Below are positions 1 through 9,735 of a stretch of 64,000 bases of DNA, piece after piece. Each line of letters begins with the position of its first letter. Positions within the stretch are counted from its first letter, which is position 1. The position numbers and the translations under genes were made by a program. A model generated the notes under the pieces. That model had not been told where the DNA came from. It searched no databases and was given only the letters and a program-made list of their open reading frames with translations. This stretch comes from a virus: positions 14,512 to 78,511 of the IMG/VR virus record IMGVR_UViG_3300045988_183062; one strand, written 5' to 3'.

Positions 1-1284
1 AACGCTACAGAAGAATCTGGAGCTCCCATTGCTACAGAAACACACGAGCTTGATAGCTCCGCCTTGACGAGTGAAACATCCAGCAACAGCTCTGACACTA
101 CTGACACTGTAGCTGATACAGTAGGTGACTCCACTTCCGATGATTCTGTTTATGAGCCGACGAACACTGGGGTTGCCAATAGTGTTGGTTCTGAGGGTGC
201 CTCTGATGATGGTATGGCTGCAACAAGTCCTGTGAACGATTCCAATGTGGCCGCATCTTCCAGTGATAGCGTCAACGATGGTGGTGATGAACCCGATTTT
301 GCATATACGCCCCATAGTTCTTCAGATGACGGCGATAATGACGAGACGGTTCACGATGCCAGCAGTGTTACGGATAAGCACTCTGATAACGCATCTTATA
401 ACGAAGATGCTGATGACGTAGACACCGCCACCTTTGAAGCAGATGATGCTCCGATTGCGGATGGCGCTGGATTCTACGGAGAAGGTACAGGCAATTCGTT
501 TAAGGAAAGCGAAACCAAATCCACAACGGATAGCAACGAGTCTCCAGCTGTAGAATCTGGAACGCAGAGTAACCCCACTGACGAACCTGACGCCACTGCT
601 GGTACAGTTACTGAAACGACGGCTGTACCTGATGCAAAACAAGACGTCGGCGAAGCAGCAAGTCAAGTTCAGGCTGAAGCCGTAACGCAGCAGAGTAGTG
701 AACAAGCTGAAACGGTATCCATTCCGTCCGTTCCTCAAGGCATTGTACTTTCCAATACCAGCGTCAACAAACTCAGCGACACCAATGGCACGATTCGTTC
801 TGCATCCGCAGGCGTATTCCAGTTGACGCGTGAGGGCCTTGACGAAGATACAGGTAAAACCGTATGGCGTGCAACGCTGAAACAGGATGCAGAAGGCAAT
901 CCCGTGACAGATTACAGTGCTAATACGTTTACCTTTGAACGCACTGCCAAGTGGAACGCACAGACAAGAAGCTATCAACCTGAGGGCTTCGATTCTGTTG
1001 CAAAAGAGGTTCGAGAAGCAGTAGATTTCCGCGACATCAGCCAAAGTGCAAATCAGGGCCGTGGCTCTCGCCGTTCGGATAAGCCTCAGAATCAACCGGA
1101 ACGCGAACGCTTCAAGCGTGAAAGGAATCCGAAAGCGTACACGGATGACGCACGACTGACTGAAGGACGTCGTACAACCTCGACAAGCCGTGGCGGAAAA
1201 CACCGCGCACAGCGCAAAAGCGATACGGCAAAGAAACGTGATAATCCGCTGAAAAATATGGATGGCTTCAAAACCAAAAGATAA
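1..1284 (+). CDS. 3'-part of a large acidic, Ser/Thr/Asp-rich low-complexity protein with a basic C-terminal tail (5' end outside window)
   Basis: Frame 1 is open from base 1, so the ORF continues upstream; strongly biased composition; C-terminal R/K-rich segment. Confidence 0.5.
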   Translation, partial: NATEESGAPIATETHELDSSALTSETSSNSSDTTDTVADTVGDSTSDDSVYEPTNTGVANSVGSEGASDDGMAATSPVNDSNVAASSSDSVNDGGDEPDFAYTPHSSSDDGDNDETVHDASSVTDKHSDNASYNEDADDVDTATFEADDAPIADGAGFYGEGTGNSFKESETKSTTDSNESPAVESGTQSNPTDEPDATAGTVTETTAVPDAKQDVGEAASQVQAEAVTQQSSEQAETVSIPSVPQGIVLSNTSVNKLSDTNGTIRSASAGVFQLTREGLDEDTGKTVWRATLKQDAEGNPVTDYSANTFTFERTAKWNAQTRSYQPEGFDSVAKEVREAVDFRDISQSANQGRGSRRSDKPQNQPERERFKRERNPKAYTDDARLTEGRRTTSTSRGGKHRAQRKSDTAKKRDNPLKNMDGFKTKR

Positions 1285-1427
1285 GGGATAACTCCCTTCT
1301 GGCAATCAGTAATGGTTGCCAGTGTCTTGCAATGGTCACCACCTCCACGTTGGTGCAAGACGGTAATGTACTGAAAAGCAGTATAGCTGAGAGTGACTCT
1401 GAAATATGTTCGCAAGGGAGTGACGTG

Positions 1428-3215
1428 ATGGCAGGATTTGGAAGCGGTAATAGCACTGACAACTTGGGCAATGAAGCTGTAAATGATGCAAAAAAGGCAA
1501 TGAGTGCGGCTTCCACAGGATACAAGGCGTATCAACAAGGCAAGAAAGATGCCAAAGCAGTTGCAAAAGCTGCTGGACAGCTTGCCTCTGGTAATGTTGC
1601 CGGAGCTGCGAAGACTGCTATTGAAAACCCGATGACAGCCTTGAAGGTCTTGCTTGTTGGCATCGTCATTTTGTCGATTCCGCTTATGGCTATCGTTGGA
1701 TGTGCAGTTTTTGTTCTTTCATTGCCTGGTAATATTGCAGAGGCCACGCAATCGGCTATCGGACAGTCTGTTGACAGTGTCGTTCTGGGCTGGGAAGACT
1801 ATAAGGCTCGTTTGAGCAATTCAATTGATGACTTCTTGACGCTTATCACCACTGGTAAAAGCGGCACGAAGATGGAAGCCTACAAGGATGACTTGGCGAT
1901 TGCAAACGACGATGTCTTTACCGGTTACATTGGCACATCAAATGTGATTGTTGCTGTTCTAAATAACTATTTCAAAGACGAGTATGAGGCTTTTGACGCT
2001 AAGGCTCGTGTGGCCGCAAATAACCGTTTGGAGCAACTGCAACAGCGTGCAGCAAATGAAGGTATTGCTTCAAGCGATGTAACGTACAGCGTTGACCCTG
2101 AAATCTACGAAGGCAAAAACTACCTGAACTGGACATTCTACATCATTGCCGGTGACAGCTATACCGCAAGAAACGAAGATGGCATTCACTTCCGTGTAAA
2201 GGAAATGATTGATGCCGCTAAAGCATTGGAAAAGTCCAATCTTTGGAAAGTTACGCTGAAATCAACTTATACGACAGAAAAGAAAACCAGAATGGTCACT
2301 CGCAGTGGTACTCGCGATAAGGAAGTTCCTGTTACCGATGAAAACGGGAATCAGTTATATGACGCCAAGGGGAATCCTCGTACTACAATCATCAAAGAAC
2401 CATATTCAGAAACAGTACCCGAAGAGTATACGGCAGCAAACATCACGGTGTCGTACAAGTATTCGCCTAAAGAAGGTGCCAAGCAGTACATTCTTGACCG
2501 CTTTGGAATTACTAACGATAAGGCCAATGATAAAGATATTTCGGATGAAGAGCTGTTTGACGAACAGGTTGCTCAGCTGCGTGAACTTTATCATGCTCGT
2601 GAAGCCGAATTCGATTACAACTCCGATTTGGTAATTGATGAAAACTATCCTGAAAACGGTGCAACCGGAACGGTCGTGACCAGTCCTGCAATCCGCACGT
2701 TGATTCAGCAGTTCTACGCCACACATTCCGCAGATTCATTGTTCGTTGCACCTTCTCCGGTAGGTGGCCCTTGGTCCGGCTGGAAATCCCGCGTCAACTC
2801 TCCTCTTGGTCAGATTCGCAATGGCGTTGCTCATAATGGCACCGACATTCTGGTTCCGTCAGTACAATACTCTTTGATTGCACCATCCCAAGGCATTATC
2901 GTTGGCATTCAAGATGGTTATGCAAATGGTGCCCTTCAAACGAGCGGTCAAGCTTCTCGTGGCAATTTCGTGTTTGTCTACTATGGCGAACAGGGGAGCG
3001 TAGGAGGGCAAAAGGGTGTATTTGTTCTGTATCAGCATCTAACGCCTGGTATTTCATGGCATGTCGGAGATACAATTCCAGCTGGCGCGGTAATTGGACG
3101 GACCGGATGGAGTGGCTACTGCGTTAGTTCTCATGGCGGTACTGGTGAGCATCTGCATCTTGAACAGTATATTGGCTTTGAGCAAGTTGACCCAGAATCT
3201 TATCTCGGCAATTAA
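1428..3215 (+). CDS. Membrane-anchored M23 (lysostaphin-like) peptidase, probable conjugation-associated cell-wall hydrolase
   Basis: RBS AAGGGAG 7 nt before ATG 1428; hydrophobic TM segment (VLLVGIVILSIPLMAIVGCAVFVLSL); C-terminal M23 motifs incl. HxH (GEHLHLE); sits in T4SS cluster. Confidence 0.7.
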   Translation: MAGFGSGNSTDNLGNEAVNDAKKAMSAASTGYKAYQQGKKDAKAVAKAAGQLASGNVAGAAKTAIENPMTALKVLLVGIVILSIPLMAIVGCAVFVLSLPGNIAEATQSAIGQSVDSVVLGWEDYKARLSNSIDDFLTLITTGKSGTKMEAYKDDLAIANDDVFTGYIGTSNVIVAVLNNYFKDEYEAFDAKARVAANNRLEQLQQRAANEGIASSDVTYSVDPEIYEGKNYLNWTFYIIAGDSYTARNEDGIHFRVKEMIDAAKALEKSNLWKVTLKSTYTTEKKTRMVTRSGTRDKEVPVTDENGNQLYDAKGNPRTTIIKEPYSETVPEEYTAANITVSYKYSPKEGAKQYILDRFGITNDKANDKDISDEELFDEQVAQLRELYHAREAEFDYNSDLVIDENYPENGATGTVVTSPAIRTLIQQFYATHSADSLFVAPSPVGGPWSGWKSRVNSPLGQIRNGVAHNGTDILVPSVQYSLIAPSQGIIVGIQDGYANGALQTSGQASRGNFVFVYYGEQGSVGGQKGVFVLYQHLTPGISWHVGDTIPAGAVIGRTGWSGYCVSSHGGTGEHLHLEQYIGFEQVDPESYLGN

Positions 3216-3232
3216 ACAGCAATGAAAGGAGC

Positions 3233-3260
3233 CCCACTCGCAATGAGTGGGGATTTTTAG
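3233..3260 (+). terminator. Stem-loop (ccccactc..gagtgggg) followed by T-run between peptidase and lipoprotein genes
   Basis: 8-bp GC-rich inverted repeat plus TTTTT. Confidence 0.5.
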
Positions 3261-3263
3261 TGT

Positions 3264-4601
3264 ATGAAATGTTTCTTGAAAAAGGCACTCGCGGTATGTC
3301 TCACGGCAACTACGCTATGTACATGCCTTGCAGGGTGCAAAAAGAAAGATGATGGCAGCGTATCGGACACTACGCCTATTCCGACACCGGCCATTGAAAG
3401 CACGCCTGAACCGTCTGCAAATCCGAACATTTACGGTGACGTTGACACATCAGGCGGCAACAAAATTCAAAACGGAAAGCTGGTTCTCACGAAGATTGAA
3501 CCTGCTGAGCCAAACAACTGCGCATCGAACGGCTATATGGAAGAAAAGAACCTGGATGGTACTTACCGCTATCAGGTCAAGGCGGAAACCGTTGCCGCCA
3601 AGAACCTTGTTCCGTATACGGATGCAAACGAAGCGGGTCTGAAAATCTTCTCTGGTCATACAGTCTATGTGCGTAAGACAGGCTTAGGCATTGGTGAGAT
3701 GCCTGAAGCTACGGTAGATGACTCCTCCAGTACAGAAGAAGTTATTACCGATACGACAACATCAACCGATACAAGTTCCGGCTACATTGACGAAAACGGC
3801 AATTATATTGAAGATGCCACTAATAGTAATGGAACAACATCTTCATCTACGCTTTCTGATACGGACCAGAAGTGCATTGTTTCCGGCGAGGAAGTATTTG
3901 ACCTTGACAACTACAGCGACGAAATCCAGTATCCTTCTGATTTCTCGCAGCTTCGCAAAGAGGGAACATGCGAGCGCCTTTACGTTTACCATTCGAAAGA
4001 GGAGTACGAACAAGCTCTCAAGAACCGCAAGAACGGTCAGGCTATTTTGACTGGCGAGATGGATGCGCCTATTAAAAGCGTCATCCTGAATGGTTCTCTG
4101 GTGCCCAAACTCAACTATACCATCAACAGCGACGGTCGCCTGTGTGTTTCTCTCCGTGCGCTGGCAGAGGCCTATGATTCCAATACACAGTATGACGATG
4201 TAGAGCATCTGCTTATTGTTCCTATCACATACGGTGAGCGCATCTATATCCCAGTCAAAGGCATTCTCCATAACGCCAGTGAGTATTACCAGATTGACAA
4301 TACAAACAACACCTTTGTGTTTACCAGCAAAAAACCGCCTGAGATTTGGACTGATACGTTCTCGCTCGCTACCACCAGTGATGTTGTGATGCCTGTCGAA
4401 GACATTGCCCGTATCCTTGGCTGGGATTTCTGGTATGGCGACAATGTCCTGAGCGTAGTTACTGATTCTCTCGACGACACGAAAGAAGAAAACATTCTGC
4501 TTCAGGAGCAGGATGTCGAAGAAATCGAAATTGATTTGAACGATTTACCTGATGTCGATAGTACGGCATCTGATTCAGAAAGTGAGGTGAGCGCATCGTG
4601 A
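3264..4601 (+). CDS. Surface lipoprotein (signal peptide with lipobox LAGC), Thr/Ser-rich linker
   Basis: N-terminus MKCFLKKALAVCLTATTLCTCLAGCKK; stop overlaps next gene start (ATGA at 4598). Confidence 0.65.
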   Translation: MKCFLKKALAVCLTATTLCTCLAGCKKKDDGSVSDTTPIPTPAIESTPEPSANPNIYGDVDTSGGNKIQNGKLVLTKIEPAEPNNCASNGYMEEKNLDGTYRYQVKAETVAAKNLVPYTDANEAGLKIFSGHTVYVRKTGLGIGEMPEATVDDSSSTEEVITDTTTSTDTSSGYIDENGNYIEDATNSNGTTSSSTLSDTDQKCIVSGEEVFDLDNYSDEIQYPSDFSQLRKEGTCERLYVYHSKEEYEQALKNRKNGQAILTGEMDAPIKSVILNGSLVPKLNYTINSDGRLCVSLRALAEAYDSNTQYDDVEHLLIVPITYGERIYIPVKGILHNASEYYQIDNTNNTFVFTSKKPPEIWTDTFSLATTSDVVMPVEDIARILGWDFWYGDNVLSVVTDSLDDTKEENILLQEQDVEEIEIDLNDLPDVDSTASDSESEVSAS

Positions 4602-6769
4602 CCAAATGGAACGAACTGAAGGTGAAGTTCTCTCTTCTTTCTAAAGAGGAGAAACTGGTCATCTTGTTCTGCTGCTCGTTTGTTGTTTCTCTTATCCCGG
4701 CGGGATTCATTGCGGCGGTATTTGCCGGAGAATGGGATGCGGGATTTTTCCGTAAGCTGTTTCTTAGCATTACAACCGGATATGGCATTATCTCGACTTT
4801 GATTTTCACTGCTGCCATTACATTTGTCATCGTGCTTCTTTCTCGGAAAAATACGGACCTCAACTCGGCAAAAGAAGTTGATGACCGTGGCATGATTACC
4901 TCCAATGCTGGTACTTACGGAACAGCAGAGTGGATGTCAGAGGACGAAGCCAAAAAGGTTTATGAGGTTGGCCCTGTTGAAGATGTGACGGGTACAATTC
5001 TTGGTCAGTTTACGACCGATGGCGAAGAAGTCATTGCTTTGCCGTATGAACCGACTGGCAACCGCAACCTTATCCTTATCGGACCTCCGGGCTCTGGCAA
5101 GTCGTTTGGCTATGTTCGTACTGCTGTGTTCCAGTCTATCGTACGCGGTGAGTCTGTAGTCGTTACTGACCCGAAGGGTGAAATTCACAATGATATGCGG
5201 AAATTACTCGAAGCAAACGGCTATAAGGTAAAGGTATTCAACCTCATCAACCTTGACCTTTCCAATGCCTGGGACTGCGTACAGGAAATCTATGACCCCA
5301 TTACGGGCAACATTGACGACCAGCGTGTTATTGCGTTCTGTAAGACCGTTATTGCCAATACAGGCGGTGGTGCAAACAGCAAGGGCGACCCGTTCTGGGA
5401 GAGTTCGGAAGAAAACTTGTTCCGTGTAGCCGTTTCTTACTGCGCCTATATGCGTGAGACGACCCTTATCAAAATCTATGAGCGCCGCACCAAAGAACTT
5501 CTTACGCAGCTGCCGTTCATTTCGGAAGAAGATGGCAAGGCACTGGTCGAAGCTGTTACAAATCCTGAATCTGCGATGGTGGACCGTCGCCGTGTTGTCG
5601 AGTACCTTGCCAAGAATCTCTATGGCGAGGAAGAAGGAGAGAAGAAGCTGCTGGCTTGGGAGGAAGACGCACCGACCAGCAACATTTCCGACATCTACAA
5701 CGCTCTGATGCACAATGACCTGAACTCTTGGGAAGAAAACTTCAAGAGCGTACCTATGAATCCCCCCGCCGCGTCTGCCTGGGCTGTATTCAAAGGCATG
5801 GGCGAGCGCGTACAGCCTAACATTGTCGGTGGCCTGAACACTCGTTTGCAGTTGTTTATGACCTTTAAGGTTCGCCGCGTTATCAGTAACGATGACATCC
5901 GCCTGGCAGACATTGGCGCTGAAAAGACCGCTCTGTTCCTGATTATCTCGGACGATAACGCATCCATGCAGCTGCTTTCTTCTCTGCTTCTGAGCTTCCT
6001 GTTTAAGGACCTGAAAGAGGCATTCGATGCCGTTGGCGGCGATGGTCGTATCCCTGTAAACGTCATTGCGGACGAGCTGGCAAATACCGGTGTCTGGCCC
6101 AACTTCGAGAAGACGATTGCTACCGCTCGTTCTCGCAAGATTGCAGTTTCCCTTATCTTGCAGAGCTTGCCGCAGTTGACGCAGTTGTATGGCGAGGAAA
6201 ACGCCGAAACCATCATTGGCTGCTGCAACACCATGCTTGTGCTGGGGTGCAACGATAAGTATACGGCCGAGTACATCTCCGACAAGAGCGGCATCGTTAC
6301 GATTCGTGCCAAGAGCGTGAGCGATTCCAGAGCAAATTCCGTTGGTTATCGCGGCGCTATGCAGGGATATTCTCTCAGTGAAGGCGATGGTAAACGCAAC
6401 TTGATGAACCCCGATGAAGTTCAGCACCTTGGCAAAGAAGAGATTCTGATTATGACAAACGGTCAGAACCTGCTGAAAGCCAAGCGCTTTGGCTTTATCC
6501 ATCATCCGCTGTTCTCCGACCCGCACTTTGTTCCGACACGCTGGTCCGAACTGCCTAAGACGGTTGACCTTTATCCCGATGCTCGTAAGCATGATGCTCT
6601 GGAGTCGCTGGTAGGTGACATCCAGCGCCAAAAGGAAGTCAATACGGAAATTGCGCAGAGACGTTCGGAAGTGCGTATGAATCCTCGTATGAGAAAGAGC
6701 GACCTTATCGGAAACGATAAAGTTCCTTCCAAGAAGAACGCTTTTGCAGACAAAGCTAAAAAGAAATAA
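4598..6769 (+). CDS. Type IV coupling protein, TraG/VirD4/TcpA-like ATPase
   Basis: N-terminal TM helices; Walker A LIGPPGSGKSF; Walker B-like hhhhDE (VIADELAN); size and context between T4SS genes. Confidence 0.8.
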   Translation: MTKWNELKVKFSLLSKEEKLVILFCCSFVVSLIPAGFIAAVFAGEWDAGFFRKLFLSITTGYGIISTLIFTAAITFVIVLLSRKNTDLNSAKEVDDRGMITSNAGTYGTAEWMSEDEAKKVYEVGPVEDVTGTILGQFTTDGEEVIALPYEPTGNRNLILIGPPGSGKSFGYVRTAVFQSIVRGESVVVTDPKGEIHNDMRKLLEANGYKVKVFNLINLDLSNAWDCVQEIYDPITGNIDDQRVIAFCKTVIANTGGGANSKGDPFWESSEENLFRVAVSYCAYMRETTLIKIYERRTKELLTQLPFISEEDGKALVEAVTNPESAMVDRRRVVEYLAKNLYGEEEGEKKLLAWEEDAPTSNISDIYNALMHNDLNSWEENFKSVPMNPPAASAWAVFKGMGERVQPNIVGGLNTRLQLFMTFKVRRVISNDDIRLADIGAEKTALFLIISDDNASMQLLSSLLLSFLFKDLKEAFDAVGGDGRIPVNVIADELANTGVWPNFEKTIATARSRKIAVSLILQSLPQLTQLYGEENAETIIGCCNTMLVLGCNDKYTAEYISDKSGIVTIRAKSVSDSRANSVGYRGAMQGYSLSEGDGKRNLMNPDEVQHLGKEEILIMTNGQNLLKAKRFGFIHHPLFSDPHFVPTRWSELPKTVDLYPDARKHDALESLVGDIQRQKEVNTEIAQRRSEVRMNPRMRKSDLIGNDKVPSKKNAFADKAKKK

Positions 6770-6781
6770 GCATCTACCCCA

Positions 6782-6815
6782 ATCCCGGTCTTGTGATAGG
6801 CCGGGATTTTTCTTT
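6782..6815 (+). terminator. Rho-independent terminator after coupling-protein gene
   Basis: atcccgg..ccgggat hairpin followed by TTTTTCTTTT. Confidence 0.7.
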
Positions 6816-6951
6816 TCCCCGATTCAGCAATGAGTCGGGAACTACGCACATCGACAGCCTCCGCGCGGCGCGTAGTGGTTAGTGCCCGTATCCTGCTATC
6901 GGGCAGCGAATGTCGATAACATACTACATCCCTACAAAGGAGACCAATACC

Positions 6952-8112
6952 ATGAACGAGAACGAAATGCTGAACCCCACCACCGTCGAAACCGACGAGG
7001 TGACCACCCCTGTTGCCCCTGCGGAGGAGGCTATGGAAAACGCTCAGAGCGTTGCTCCTGTTGCCGAGCCTGCTGAGGAAAAAGACTCCGTCGAGGCCGT
7101 TCCTGCCCCGGCTAACGACGTAGAGGACGAGGACGATGTCCCTGAAGCTCCCCGCGCTTCCCGCCGTTTCAATGACGACGATTTGCAGATTGGTGCCTTC
7201 ATTGACGATGGCAACGATATGCTGAAAGTCGATATGCCTGAAGACCGCCGCGCCCGTGACCTCGCTGAGATGCGCCGCTGCGTGGCTGACAACAAGCGCA
7301 GCCCTCGCCGCTTCCTGCAGGGTAAGGTCTTCGGTGTCCGTCCTGTTGGCAACGGCAGCGCGGTCGTCGAAGTCACCCGTGGTACGCTGCGCGTGATGAT
7401 TCAGGCTGAGGACTTCTTCCACTTCTCTCAGATGAAGGGCATCGAGAACGATGATGAAGCTACTCGTCAGCGCCGCTTCCTGCGCAAAGCTAAGCTGATG
7501 AATGGTGCTATCATCAACTTCTGCCCCTATCTGGAAGCCGAGTCTGAGGACGGCGAAGTTGTCTTCGCAGGCTCCCGCCAGGACGCCATGCAGCTCCAGC
7601 GCAATCGTCATTTCTTCGGCCGCAACGCCGATGTCAAGGAAGGCACCCGCGCTGCTGCATCTATCCTGTCTACCGGCCCTGATTACGTCATTGCTGAGGC
7701 TCTGGGCGTTGAGACCAGCATTGGTGCTGCTGCCCTGTCTGCTTACGAGTACATCGACAACGTGGCCGACAAGTTCCATGTTGGTGAAGGCATTCCCGTG
7801 GTCATCGAAGACCTGAACGTGGATGCTGAGAACGGCACTGTCAGCCTGCGTATGAACCGCGCTATCCTGGAGCGCCGTGCCAATCCTGCTATGAACATTC
7901 ATAGCCTGGCTCGTGGTGGCGCTTATGGTGCAACTGTTACATCTGTCAATGAGCGCTTCTACCGCCTCATTGTGGATGTCGGCAACATCCAGGCCCGCGT
8001 TGCACTGACTTCCTCTGATGAGCTGCTGACTCGTGGCGACCGCGTGACGCTGCTGGTCTACGGCTATGATGATAAGCGCAACTACGTCTGGGGCGCTTGC
8101 CACAAGGTCTAA
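6952..8112 (+). CDS. Acidic N-terminus protein with 2-3 S1/OB-like repeats (tentative), function unknown
   Basis: RBS AAGGAG upstream of ATG 6952; repeated G-x-V-x-G-x-V pattern reminiscent of S1 domains (GKVFGVRPVGNGSAVVEVTRG). Confidence 0.45.
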   Translation: MNENEMLNPTTVETDEVTTPVAPAEEAMENAQSVAPVAEPAEEKDSVEAVPAPANDVEDEDDVPEAPRASRRFNDDDLQIGAFIDDGNDMLKVDMPEDRRARDLAEMRRCVADNKRSPRRFLQGKVFGVRPVGNGSAVVEVTRGTLRVMIQAEDFFHFSQMKGIENDDEATRQRRFLRKAKLMNGAIINFCPYLEAESEDGEVVFAGSRQDAMQLQRNRHFFGRNADVKEGTRAAASILSTGPDYVIAEALGVETSIGAAALSAYEYIDNVADKFHVGEGIPVVIEDLNVDAENGTVSLRMNRAILERRANPAMNIHSLARGGAYGATVTSVNERFYRLIVDVGNIQARVALTSSDELLTRGDRVTLLVYGYDDKRNYVWGACHKV

Positions 8113-8251
8113 TTCTTACCGGCTGTCTACTGCTTACCCGGTTGACAGCCGGTTGCCATGCAAGATACCAGCCTTCGCGTGGCGCATGGTGAGCAACTGC
8201 TTAACCGCAGGCTGATGGTATCAGAATACAGATATTATGTGATAGGGGTGA

Positions 8252-8599
8252 ATGTTTGTGTGTCAAAATCACGGCGTTCGTTCGGGGCTGTTCTTCTCAC
8301 AGCTTGAAAACAGAGACGTGTTTGTTTCCTGTACTGTACGGAACAATGCGGTAGAGTTGACGGTTTCTGCTTTTCTCGAATTGAATGATGTGGATATGTC
8401 TGCCATTGAAGCGTCATGCAGAGAGAACCAAGCGTTTGTGTCATTGAACGTGAGTGAAAATGGCGTTGTTGCAAGTGTAAAAGAATCCGCACTTCTCTTG
8501 TCTGAGCTGGATAAGAATAAAGAGCTTGCAGTAAGTCTCTTCCACCAGTGCTGCACTGTGATGCTTGCAATCGTCCCGGAAGGGGAGGACAACCAGTAA
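8252..8599 (+). CDS. Small hypothetical protein, translationally coupled to downstream PrgI-like gene
   Basis: ORF ends TAATG overlap with next start; weak RBS. Confidence 0.35.
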   Translation: MFVCQNHGVRSGLFFSQLENRDVFVSCTVRNNAVELTVSAFLELNDVDMSAIEASCRENQAFVSLNVSENGVVASVKESALLLSELDKNKELAVSLFHQCCTVMLAIVPEGEDNQ

Positions 8600-9726
8600 T
8601 GAACAAAGAAGAAAAGCAGCCAAATGTTTACATGATTCCGAAGAACTCGTTCGATACCGGCTACGTCTTTGGTGGTGCGTTCAAAACCAAGAACTTCATC
8701 GAAGGTGTTGTGGTAGCGATTCCATTTCTTGGAATCTTTATTTACGGGTGGACACAACTTGGCTGGGATGTGGAGTCTACCGTAGCCTACGCCGCAATCG
8801 TGTGTGCCGGAGTATTCGTAGCGGTGTCGCACGGCGTAGGGGATGACAGCTTCTTTGAGTTCTTGGCTCACGTAATTCATTTCCGCAAAAGTCGTAGAAT
8901 TTCCAAGTATAATCCGCGTATTAAAACAGAGCTCGAACCCGACTACCTGATGAAGGAAAACGGAATGCTCCCGAAGGAAAAACTGAAAGAAGCATGGGAG
9001 AACTTCAAGAAGAAGGTTCTTGGCGGCGGAGACGGCCCGATTAGTGCAGACATCACCGCTGATGATTTACAGATTTACTACGATGACGATGAGGACTTCG
9101 TAGAAAAGCCTGATGAGCTCAAAACAAAAGCAGAACTCAAAGCAGAAGCAAAGCAACGTGCAAAGGAAGAAAAGGAGTTTATCAATTCCTTGCCGCGCAA
9201 CCAACGCCGTGCTGCGCGTGCTGCTTTGAGGCAGAAGCATAAGGAAGAAGCCGAAGCTAAGAAGCGTCAAGAGGAAGAGCACGAAAAGATGGTTCAGGAA
9301 CGCATTAAGCGCCGTATCGAAAAGGCTGAACGTATCAAAGCTGCTCAGTATCGCGCCAAGTTAGTCGCTATGCAGCAGATGCAGCAACAGACTGACCCCA
9401 ACTTTATTCCTGCTCAATCCGAAGAACAGACGATGGATGTTGTGCTGGACGAAGTCGAAACCATTACCGAGACTCCTGAAATGAGTCTTGATGATGTGAC
9501 GCTGTTGGATGATACGACCTCTGCTGAACCGGAAGAAATTGATGTCAGTTTTGATGAGGAAGCAGCTCCTAATGGACCGTTCGTGCCACGCATCATCACG
9601 AATGAACGCGTGAAGAATCAGGCGGGACCGGTTATTCGTCCTTTGAAAGCCAAGCCTCAAATCTATAACAGTCACAATGGAGACTTTTCCGCTGATTCGT
9701 TCTCCATCTTTGACGACGAGGAGTAA
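8599..9726 (+). CDS. PrgI/Orf17/TcpE-like small T4SS membrane protein fused to long charged coiled-coil tail
   Basis: Two TM helices at N-terminus (VVVAIPFLGIFIYGW..; YAAIVCAGVFVAVS) immediately upstream of VirB4 gene; K/E-rich repeat region. Confidence 0.6.
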   Translation: MNKEEKQPNVYMIPKNSFDTGYVFGGAFKTKNFIEGVVVAIPFLGIFIYGWTQLGWDVESTVAYAAIVCAGVFVAVSHGVGDDSFFEFLAHVIHFRKSRRISKYNPRIKTELEPDYLMKENGMLPKEKLKEAWENFKKKVLGGGDGPISADITADDLQIYYDDDEDFVEKPDELKTKAELKAEAKQRAKEEKEFINSLPRNQRRAARAALRQKHKEEAEAKKRQEEEHEKMVQERIKRRIEKAERIKAAQYRAKLVAMQQMQQQTDPNFIPAQSEEQTMDVVLDEVETITETPEMSLDDVTLLDDTTSAEPEEIDVSFDEEAAPNGPFVPRIITNERVKNQAGPVIRPLKAKPQIYNSHNGDFSADSFSIFDDEE

Positions 9727-9735
9727 CAAAGCAAT

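Noticed and set aside
5204-6631. 475-aa minus-strand ORF, with similar long antisense ORFs at 322-1305, 6571-8103, 10732-12351 and 31370-32962
   Set aside because: They lie entirely antisense to well-supported plus-strand genes with recognisable domains (TraG/VirD4, VirB4, flotillin). They have no RBS and their translated sequence is low-complexity, so they are shadow ORFs.
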